A DNA stretch of 64,000 bases, taken from positions 5,070,134 to 5,134,133 of the forward strand of contig NC_068989.1 in NCBI RefSeq assembly GCF_001194135.2, read 5' to 3'. The stretch is from Octopus bimaculoides. Lineage: Eukaryota. Below, one piece after another: positions 37,401 through 49,300 of the stretch; position 1 is the stretch's first letter, and each line of letters begins with the position of its first letter. Both the position numbers and the translations under genes were made by a program. The notes beneath the pieces are model-generated. The model was not told the origin of the DNA. It was given only the letters and a program-made list of their open reading frames with translations, and ran no database searches.

Positions 37401-40400
37401 CTCTGATGAATGTCTATAGCAGAGTAAGATCCTTCATCAACGCCTGTAGCAGAGTAAGATCTCCAATCAACATTGTTGCTAGAATAAGATCCCTGATTAA
37501 CGTCTGTACCAGAATAAGAACCCCAATCAACATTTTTACTAGAATTAGACCTCTGGTCATAATCAGTCCTAGCATGTGGCCTCTGGTCAAAGTCAGTCCC
37601 CAAATTGGATTTCTTGTCAAACTCTGTCTCAAATGATTCTGCCCCACTGAGAGATCCCTGCCCACTGCTCATTACAACAAACGACCTCTGGTCACCTTCT
37701 GTTCCAAAAACTGATGCCTGATCAAACTCTACTCCGGGAAAGGAGCCATGGTTGCCTTCTGTCCCAGCAAATGAATCTTGGTTATGTCTTTTTCCAACAA
37801 GTGACTCTGAGTCAACCTCAGTGCCACCAATGGACCCTGTCACAGCAGATGAGTCTTGATTGAAAGCTAACCTGGGAAATGAATTCATACTGAGGTGTGC
37901 CCTTGGAAAAACCTCACGAGATATATCTACTCTTACAGGTGACTCTTTTACATAGCCTGTTGCCCCAAACAAACACTGGGTGATGCTTGCCCTTGCAAGG
38001 GATGCTTCTACCCCATTTGTTCCAACAAGTGATTTAAAAGTATCGGTGGTTGCAGTATAAGAACCTTGAGGTGTGTATATCTTTGAGAGTGATTTGCTGG
38101 TAGTATTTTTCCCATCTGAAAACCAAGGTGTCTTCATTTGTTGTGGTAATGAGCCAAGCTCTGTTTCTTGTTGACCAAAATGACGGAATATTCGACAACA
38201 CCAAAGTCCTGATCAAAAAAAGGCAGAAGTATACAATACTGAAAAGTGGCAAGCTGACAGAACCTGTGTTGGACAAAATGCTTAGCTGCATTTCTTCTGG
38301 CACTCTGGCATTCTGAGTTCAAATCCTGCCACGGTCAACTTTGCCCTAAGTTCTTTCAAACTCAATAAAATAAAATACTAGTCAAGTACTGGGGAAGGAA
38401 GTGGGTGTTGACGAAATCAGCTTGCTGCCCCTGCCCTCAAAAACTGCTGGCCTTGAATCCTGCAAACAGACTAGCATACTGTTTAGGGGTACTGTTGCGA
38501 TCTTCGTCACATATAAACCACAGAAACCAGGTAACTAACCTGATGAATCCTGGGGCTCAAAAAAAAAAAAAAAAAAAAAAAAAAAGAAGCCCTAAACAAC
38601 TCAGTTGCGGAGGTGTAGGGCTTAGTGGTTAGGGTGTTATGCTCATGATTGTAAGATTGTTGTTTCAATTCCTGGACCAGGAGATGTATTGTGTTCTTGA
38701 GCAAGACACTTCATTTCACGTTGCTCCAGTCAACTCAGCTGGCCAAAATGAGTAACCTTGTGATGGATCGGTGTGCCACCCAGGGAGGAATGTGTGTGTG
38801 TATGTATGTGTGGCTGCTTGGGCAAACGACTTCTAATATAGCATCAGGCTGACCAAAGCCTAGAGATTGGATTTGGTAGAGAGAAGCCCATCATACATAT
38901 ATATATATATATATATACATACATATATGTTTGTGTGTTTGTATGTCTCTGTAACTTAGTGGTTTGGCAAAAGAGACTGATAGAATATGTACCAGGCTTC
39001 AAAAAAAAAAAAAAAGCAAAAAAATACTGGGGTCAATTCATTCAACTAAAAAAAATTCTTCCAGAAGAATGGGGGCAGTCAAATGACTGAAACATGTAAA
39101 AGATAAAAGATGGGTACTGAAAATTTGGCTACTACTTCTAGCAAGTCAAATGACCACGTAGAGGATTGGTTAATGGAAGCAATAGTAATTACTAAATAGC
39201 TACGCATACCTCTGCTGCACACCTCAAAAGAACCTCTTGCTGTTGTTGAAGAGGAACCTAGTGACTTTTTAGTGAATGTCATATATGCACAACATTTAAC
39301 TCTTTAACATTCAGATTACTGTCAAACGTAATGCTTATTTATTCACACTGTTTTGAATTAATCAGGTGAAGGTGTGTGGCTTGCTGGTTAGGGTATTCAG
39401 CTTACAACCATAAAATCATGGGTTCAATCCCCGGCGGTGCATTGTGTCCTTGACTAAGGACACTTTATTTCGCGTTGCTCCAGTCCACTCAGTTAGCAAA
39501 AATGAGATGTACCTGTAATTACAAAGGGTCAGCCTTGTCATATTCGGCATCATGCTGAATCTCCCTGGGAACTATGTTAAAGTTACATGTGTTTGTGGAG
39601 TGCTCAGCCACTTGCATATTAATTTCACAAGCAGGCTGTTCCGTTGATCAGATCAAATGGAACTTTCGTGTACTAGATTTTGAATTAATTATGTATTAAC
39701 TAGTAGCTTTGAAATTCTGATGATGTGATGGTTTATTTTTAGAGTGACATTGTCGGGTAGGTATGAGAGGCTGGATCTGACTTCTCATAAAACAAGTAGG
39801 TATGGCTGGTTTAAATGCCTGAAACCAATACATAACAATCACCTGGGGTGGTTTGAGTCCCATCACTGGCCTGTTTGCTCTATACTTTTTCAAACTGGTG
39901 ATTATAATACCTTATACAGTTTTGGTTTAATATTAGTGTAGGCATGGCTCTGTGGTAAGAAGTTTGCTTCCCAACTACATGATTTCATGTTCAGTTCCAC
40001 TGCACGGCACTTTGTGCGAGTGTATTCTACTACATGGCCCTCAACAGAGCCCACAGGTAACCACAACAAATACAAAACTTTGACAGGTCTGCAATTTTTG
40101 GCAACTGTCTATGTTCCTGAAATTGATTATTTGTTGGTTAGTCAAAGATCAGCTTTAACTAAGCAGACCTATAATCAAAGATATCCAGCCATGACCATCC
40201 CATCTTTTTGTTTTGTGTTTTCTACTGCAGTCATTGAGTAATTTAGGTTATGTTATCCAACATGTAGTCTATTATAATTATATTCACATATCACTGTATC
40301 CACCGGATCACTGGATGTTTGTTACACACCGCTAGTTACAATACACTTTCCTTGCATTGTTGTATCGTTCAAATGATGGTACCCCACTGGCTAAGCGGGC

Positions 40401-43400
40401 AAGCCAATGATCTCCCTGAATGGGACACTTACCTCTCACAGGGTTACCCATTTAAAGTCGAGTGGACTGGAGCAAGCTGAAATGAAGTGTTCTGCTCAAG
40501 AACACAATACACTGCTCAATCCTGGAACTGAACCCACAGTCACTAGACCATGAGTGCAACACCCTAACCACTAGGCTACACGCCTTCACATATCCACATC
40601 TAAGAATAGTAAACTGAATCCAGCACTTGACATTTTTCCTTATTTTACAGACTTCATAAGAATGAAAGACAAAGCCAACCTCTGATTTGAGCTCAAAAAT
40701 ATAAAGGGCCATTACTAAATACTTGGCTTGCTTACTATTTCTAACAGAAAAAGCATCCACATAGAAGTTCCTTGTTGATTTAATATTACTTCGTCTTTAT
40801 TGGTGGATATGTAAAAAAATAAAATAGGGAAAAAAAAAAAAAAAAACCATTGGTACTAGTTTTCTAGCTAAAGGAAGGGCAAAGTCAAATACTTTATCAT
40901 TCACACACACAAAGAGGGCCAGGTCTCTTGGGATTAGCATTCTGACACCATATGTAACTCCCTAGATTTGACATATCACAAAATATCAGTTAGAGAGAGG
41001 AAGAGGGAAGAAAGAAATAGGGAAAGACAGTGATGGGGAAAGAGGGGGGAGATTCAAACAGAAAGTTCGTTTTTGGTAGTGTTTCTGCTTTTATATAACC
41101 ATTTTTTTTTTTTAACGAATCTTTTTTCAAAGAATCTCCCTCTTTCCCTTCACATGCAAAACAACAGGGCAGGATAAACCATTTGCAGAAGAAAAACAAA
41201 TCTGGAAGATGCGAAGACAAAGGAGGTGGGGGAAGAGGAAGTTAAGTGTTCAAATTTGTGGCAAAAACAAAAACCACAGGCAACGACCATATTTTCATTT
41301 ATGTTGCAAACAGAAACAAAACACTACTACTACTACTACTAATACAAAACATCAAATAAAAACTAAAATCTTAAAGCAACTACAACAACAAGAACAAGCA
41401 GGGAAATTTACAAAGTAAACACAAGTAAAACATTTAACTCCATTTCTGAAGGCAGCTGAATATTAATTATGTCTCCCCCCTCTAATAGCTACAGAAACAT
41501 TCCTTCAGCCAACCCCACTAACAACAATAACAATAATTACTACACAATTTTAAACCCTGCATGGCCTTGCAGTTAAGAAGCTTTCTTGTCAGCCATCTGG
41601 TCTCCCAGGTTCAATCCTGCTGTGTGGTACCTTGGACAAGTGTGGCAAACTGGATGTTAAAATGATGAAGATAATTTATAGGTGCACGTGTGGCCTTTTG
41701 GTAAGAAGTATGCTTCCCAACCACAAGATTTGGGTTCAGCCAATAAGCTAATGCTTTTCTCTCCAATTTTAGCACAAGGCTAGCAGATTTGTAGGGACAA
41801 GGCAAGTCACTTACACTGACCTCAGTATTCGACCGATACTATATTTTATTGACTCCTAAAGGGATGAAAGGCAAAGTGGACCGCTTGGGATTTGAACTCA
41901 GAACATAAAATGCCAGATGAAATACTGCAGAGCACTTTGTCCGTGTTCGCAACTCTACCAGTTAGTTGCCTTAAACCAATAAAATAATAAACAGTAAAAT
42001 ATGTTTTAAAATTAGGGTCATCAGAGACATGCCTTACAGACCAATGTGATCAGGGATATATTCAATAGATCAATGTTACTCAACCAGTTTTTGCTTATCG
42101 ACCCCTTTGAATCCTGTTTTACTCTCCTGGATCCTCATTCCCATTTAATGTTTTAAAAAAGTCCCATTATGCTTTTATAATTAATCATTACTAGGAATTG
42201 TAATTTACATGTTTCAGCCCTAAGGCTGTAACTAATTTATTGGACATAAACAATTAACACCAAAACCTTATATGGAACCCCAAGGGTCATGTGGACCCTG
42301 GTTGAGAACCACTGCAATAAAGAAATCAGTGATACATAACTTTTTGCATCAGGTGGTTCATAAAATCCACAAAAAAATACTTCATAGATCACTGAATATA
42401 CATGAGATTATAATTGTATTATGGAAAAATGCAGGCCATAAAAACTTGCCATAGGTCACCATAACTTTGGTGTGGATCATGTTACGCAGCAGTGCAATAG
42501 ATCAATGCAGAAAAGGATGTGTACTAGACCAGAGCAGCAAGACACAGGATGTGTCTGCTCGCTCAATATGATCAGAGGCATGGTTAATAGTCCACTGTAG
42601 TGACAGAATGCTTGATAAGAAATGTATTAGCTTGACCAGTACGGTCAGACATTATTCTAGCCAGTCAATTTCTTGAGCTGTGCAGGTAGGTTAAGTATAT
42701 TTGTAAATCCAGATCAGTGGTTCTCAGCTGGGGTCGATGTAAGATTTTGTTGTTAAAATTTATGAGCAATAAACTTGTTATACTTCTACAATATGCAGAA
42801 TATCTTAACAATTTTTCTTTATACAATTCCTAATATTTAATTATGAAAATATAACATGATTTTTCAAAGCATCAAGTGACTATGGTGGCCCACTTCAATA
42901 AAGTAAGAATCAAAGGGAACCATAGGCAAAAATGGTTGAGAAGCACCGAGACAGATAAACCTGGATGTGGTTCACTGACCACACTCATTTACATCAAACA
43001 CTAAGCTACTCCTCGAAAACTTATGAATGGAAAAGTTTAACACAAAAAGCTGCTCAAAAAAAAAGAGAGTTAAATAAATCATAAAGGATGGAAAACGAAG
43101 AGAAAATATTTACATTAAAAACATTCAAATTGTCACAACAGAGGCAGGAAAAGCGACAATTACATCATCAACAGCGGCACAAGGGATTTTGGAGGAAAAG
43201 GCTTTATACATACATATATATATATATACACATACATATATGTATGTATGTATAATTGAGGTTGCATGCATCATGCTACTGGGATAAACACATGTGATGC
43301 AATCAAACCAAAGTCTTACCATCAACTTCATCAGAGCTCGGAGACCGATATTTGGCAGATGAGACATTATTTCTATGTACTCCTAAAGAGTAAAGAAATG

Positions 43401-44152
43401 CAATAATTCTTACACAAATAACAAAAATTTAGAAAAAAAAAAAAATAGTGAAAATACAGTTACTCATAGAATACATTTTCTTTCTCACAATCCAACAACA
43501 TTCTGCAAAGCCAACATTTTGAACAACTCACTTGTTAACAAATGTTTTCAATTAACCCTTCAAATACCAAAACTCTATTTTCTTTAACCAGCATCCCTGC
43601 CATTACATCTGTAAATTCACTCAGAAACTTTTCTCTCTTATTCAACACTTTTTGGAATTGGTTTGCAAAGTTCTTGATGTGAACTTGTGTATTGAAACAG
43701 ATTGTGTTGCCTCTCAGGAGGTTAATTATGTCATTACTAAACACACACACTGTTAGCATTTCACCATTATGAATTTATATTTCTCACACTGCTACTTAAA
43801 ATTTTAAATCATTAATGAGACACTAATTACTCAAAAAAAGAAATTTGATAACTTAATATCTTCCGCACTATTATTTATCTTATTTTTGTGTTTTACAAGA
43901 CATTACAATCAGTTGAACCTCCGATGTTTTTCAGAAGACATATTCTTTCATATACACATTCCCACTTAACACATGAGAGAGTCTATGCAGTTGCTTGATC
44001 TGCTAGAAACTCTCCTTCAAAATCAAGTGTCTTTGAAAAAGACACATTAAATGATGTGATCCTAGATGCACCATGCCTCCATCGGCATCAGTAAAGGTTG
44101 AGGTAGTCAGAGTTGCAATACTTTTAATAATGAGATCAGCTCAATTGGGACT

Positions 44153-44206
<54 letters not shown>

Positions 44207-46344
44207 TCTTTTATTTGTTTCAGTCATTTGACTGCGGCCGTGCTGGAGCACCACATTTAGTCAAACAAATCAACCGCAGGACTTTCTTTGTAAGCCTAGT
44301 ACTTATTCTATCGGCCTCTTTTGCCGAATTACTAAAATTCACACAAAAGATTTTGGTCAGCCTGAGGCTATAGTAGAAGACACTTGCCCAAGGTGCCATG
44401 CAGTGGGACTGAACCCAGAACCATGTGGTTGGTAAGCAAGCTACTTACCACACACACACACACACTCTTATATGTAATATATATATATAAGAGAGAGAGA
44501 GAAATCTGTTTTCCAACCATGTGGGCTTTGGGGTCATTCTTCAGAAGGGGCATTCTGGTCAAGTATGTTCTACTACAACCTGAGCAGACCAAAGCTTTGT
44601 GGAGTGGATTTGCTCGATGGAAGCTGAAAGAAACCTGACAGTCAACCAATTGTGGTCGTAAGTCAACGCCAACCTGTATTCCTCAGCTAGAATCATTGTC
44701 TGCGACAAAGCTGGATCTTTTGAATTACAGGTACAATCCATCAGATGAGCTTCCTTACAGTTTCCATCTTCCCAATTTCATTCGGATGGTTTGGGTTGAT
44801 CCAAGGTTATGGTAAAAAAAAAACACTTGTCCAAGACGCCATGCAGTGGGATTGAACCTGAGATCTTATGATTGCAAACTGAACTTCTTAACCATTCAGC
44901 CATGCTACCTACAACAGCAAACTACCACTAACTGCACCAGCTGACCAAGAGTTAGGGTTGGGCTGTAATTTCACAAATCAACCGGAAAGAAAGGAGTGGA
45001 AATGTCCATGACCTGTTCAGACCCTCCAAGATGAATGGGACCGATATATCTTATATGAAGCCTGTGAATATCTAACAATCAATAGATGCAAAAAGGGGGG
45101 AAAAAACCACTTGTGAGTGAAGAGAACTGGGACAGAGGGGTGGGTGGGGTGGAGGTGTCAGAGACTCTGACAGGGTCAGCTGCACTTAAAAACATCCTGA
45201 CGGAACTTGTGACAGGCAGAGCTGTTAATCTTTAAAGTAGCTAAAACAGCCACCTGCTAAACAAATGCTTTTTTATAGTATTCATCATCGTCATGTAACG
45301 TCCACCTTTCCATGCCCACATGGGGCAGATAGAATTTGAGATAAATTTTCCATGAACGGATACTCTTCCTCACCCATTGCATGGTAAGTAGCTTGCTTCC
45401 CAACCACATGGTTCTGGGTTCAGTCCCACTGCATGGCACCTTGGGCCAGTGTCTTCTACTATAGCTTTGGGCCGACCAAAGCCTTGTGAGTGGATTTGGT
45501 AGACGAAAACTGAAAGAAGCCCGTCATATATATGTGAGTGTATATCTTTTATTATTTACTTGTTTCAGTCATTTGACTGCAGCCATGCTGGAGCAACACC
45601 TTGAAGGGTTTTAGTTGAATGAACTGAGCTTGGTATTTATTCAATTAATCTCTTTTGCTGAACTGCTAAGTTACAGGAACATAAACAAACCAACATTGGT
45701 TTTCTAACAGTAGTAGGGGCAAAAACAAATACACCCACACACACACATAATGGGCTTCTTTCAGTTTTCTTCCACCAAATCCACTCACAAGGCTTTGGTT
45801 GGCCCAGGGTTATAATAAAAGACACTTGGCCATGGTTCCATGTAGTGGGACTAAATACAAGACCACATGGTTGGGAAACAGGCCTCCTGACCATGCAGTT
45901 ATGCCTCCACTGTCTACTGTAACCATCTTTATCTAAAACTGTAGGGTGGGATTTAAATGATATCTGACTGCTATTTCTAGTACATCAAGTGACTACCATA
46001 CAACTGCTTCACAGAGTTAGCATACAACCTTTTCTAAATTTTCAAGGCAGTCCAAATCGTGACCATCCAGTCTTGTTGCACTCTGAAAACTACATTAGCC
46101 AATGTATTTCTTCAATTTTATTTTAAACCAGAAAGATGACTTTTGAGGGTGTTGTGTGTGCTATTTCTAGCCGGTCTAGCAATCATGTAGAGGATACCTC
46201 ATTTATTTGTCTGTTATGAATGTTGTGTGTCACAGTGTTATGCAATATCATAAGGGTGTGTGTCTGTGAGGGGAGGGGCATGATGGAGAGGATATTGTCG
46301 AAAAGGTAGGGTAGGTATTCATATGCATGTATACGTAATTGCAT

Positions 46345-46376
<32 letters not shown>

Positions 46377-49300
46377 GAAGAGTCAGCTGGCGTTTTTCTT
46401 TTGTTCAACATGAATAAATAATCGAAAGAGATAAAGTAAAATTGAATATCAATTGAGCATCTAGTAACAGCTGTGGGTGATAGTGGGAGAAGATAGGACA
46501 ACAGGCAAACCCAATTTCCCCCCTCCCACCTCCACCACTAATACTATCACCACTACTACCACCATCACCATTATAAAAATGGTGTTGGGCTGTTGAAAAA
46601 GAAAAATTGTTATCATGATTTTAATGTCTACTTTTTCATGCCTGCATGGGTCAGGGGACGGTTTTCTAGAGTGGAGTTTTCTATGATCAGATGCCATTCC
46701 TGATGCCAATCTTCATTTGTTTCCAAGCAAGGCAATAACCAACCAGTCTATTGACCAACAAACAGTTCAGACATGGTTGCGTTGAGAACAAGAACCAAAT
46801 GGACTTGTCAGTAAGACCATTGTTTACCATCAGCCAACACATGTAAAGATGAAGAAGATACGAATCCATTCACTCACACACATACACCACTTTTCCATGC
46901 TTGCATGGGTTGGACAATTTACTGAGGCAGATTTTTCTTCAGCTGAATGCTCTTCCTGTCACCAACCCTCATCTGTTTCCAAAGTAATACTTCCTCACGG
47001 GCAGACAATTCTCTACAGATGATTAGATGATTGGAAATGAAAGACATTCATTTACATCAAGCTCATGATATTCAGGAGATGCAAACATATACACACTAAT
47101 GCACAGTTATATACACACATATATACATATATGACAAGCAGTTACTTTTAGCTTCCAGCAATCAATTTCACTTGCAAGGTTTTGGTTGGCTTGGTGCTCT
47201 CATTGAAGACCCTTGCCCAAGTTTCCACACAGTGGGACAGAACTTGAAACAATGTGGTTGGAAAACAAACTTGTTAACCATATGGTCATATCTATACTTT
47301 GTCTGGGTTTCATATGTTCGTTACACAAAATAATAATAATAATAATAATGCTCTGATGCAGTACCAGGCAGTGGCTCTTGATTGGAAGTGTTATCATGTA
47401 CATTGTTTTGTCCTGGTATAAAAGATGGAATACAACAAATATTCTGCTCAATACCACAGATTTGCTTGTCAGTTGTTTGACCTTAACCATTTGAGCATGT
47501 CCCTTGGTGGCTGACGATATGTGCATCTCTGATCATGAGCAGAAGTAGTGGGGGAGCATCATAGCCATGTGTTGAAAGGAATTCTTTGGGGTTTGGATAA
47601 TTCGCCTTTGGAAACATGAGTGTTTCGTTCAACATCCTCAAACAATCCTTATTTAGGGACCTTTTGAGCATATGGGCTACTTGACCCGAAGAAAATTCTA
47701 ACTGGGTACCACCTGCAAGGTCATGTGCTGTTATAACCTATAGGCCTACTCAAAATACAAGTGTATGTATATGCTTTATGAGATATGTAGACCGTAATCA
47801 CTTAATTATGTGAAGAGAAGTCAGAGGTGCCAAAAGTAGAGGAGTTTCGACTTCACAGCCCTGGGTCAAAATGCTTAGTGTTATTTCATCCGTCTTTAAG
47901 GTTTGAATTCAAGTCCTGCCAAGGTCAATTTTGCCTTTCATACTTTTGGGATTGATAAAATAAGGACCAGTTGAGCACAAGGGCCAGTGTACTTGATTTA
48001 TTCCCACCCACAAATTTTCCATTGTCTTTTAAAGAATTTTGAAAACTAAAATTTAGAGGGATTTAGTAAACCAAGTAACTTATTTTTTTGTTTGGTTGGA
48101 GTTTGAACACTCTAGTAAAAGGCTTCATAACTTAGCATTAATTATCTCTTATATAAATATTGATAGAAGCTTCTAATTGAGGCCCTTTACTCCTAAATAC
48201 ATGACCATCATCATTTTAACATTCATTCTTCCATTCTGACATGGAGTGAAGGGGGTGGGTTACAGTAAATTGATGTTTAGCTGGGTTGTGCATAAGTGTA
48301 TCTGTGTGTATGTGTGAGCATGAATGTGCATAAATGTGTTTTGTGTGTGTATGTGTATGTTGTTTAATCCTGATCCAGAAGGTGTTTGGTTAAAGGCTTT
48401 CCAGCTATGACCATCCATTCTAATTTTTAGACAGTCTACTGTAACTATGTTATCCAAATTGCTCTTCTTTTATGATGATATGATACGATATGAAGGTGGT
48501 TTACTTGTATTTCTAGCAAAATGAAGCAACCATGCAGAGTCCCCTCATTAACTCTGTGATGTGATTGTTTGTGTGTAAATATACTCTCTTCCATAGATCT
48601 AGATTAACTCCTTGTTTAAAACCCTACAACTGTTAGTTATATCATAGATACACGCACACAAAGGTACAAGCACTCACATATACACAAACACATACAGGCA
48701 AGTGCACACACACACATCTTAAAAATTACTTACTTTCGTGATGGTCTGAGCTCTGTCCTGTTATTCTCCACTGGGTCAAGGAGCCTACAAGGAAACAGAA
48801 AGGCCAGCAACCGAGAATCAGCCAGCTGTACCAACAGGGAGGATCAGAATCCTCCACTTTGATACACTCCCACACATAGTTCACGATCAGGAATTTTTCT
48901 ATAAAATAGTCCAGGCAAATTGCCATCAAGGCGGCACCAAAGACGCTTGTACCGACAATGGTGCCTGCCTTTTGGAACTTGAGAGTCAGCAGCGCAAATA
49001 AAATACCAACACCAATGAGAACGCCGATTGGTATCCATTTGTTGGCAATGTTATAGAACTGGTCCACAGTGACCAACACTCCGGTCGAGAGACCGACGCC
49101 AAAGTGGAATCCGGTCAGAAAAAGTCCAACATACTGGACCAACATGGTAATTAGTCCGCAGATTATGCCGGCACCCACTGCAATGCCAATGTTTGCCTCT
49201 TTCGGCAATACTGTCTCTTCTATACAAACTATATATACAACCACTGTGCCAAAGATGAAACCAGTTAAGAACATGACAGCCTTGAAGAATCGGTAACCTG

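Noticed and set aside
35161-37620. CRISPR-like appearance of the regular array
   Set aside because: No unique spacers, a eukaryotic context and an in-frame coding repeat.
38209-38240. Alternative acceptor ttttcag at 38239, 30 nt upstream of the proposed one
   Set aside because: Same phase, but it would include the in-frame TGA at 38215-38213. It is a real competitor that weakens the splice prediction somewhat, but is not itself a productive junction.
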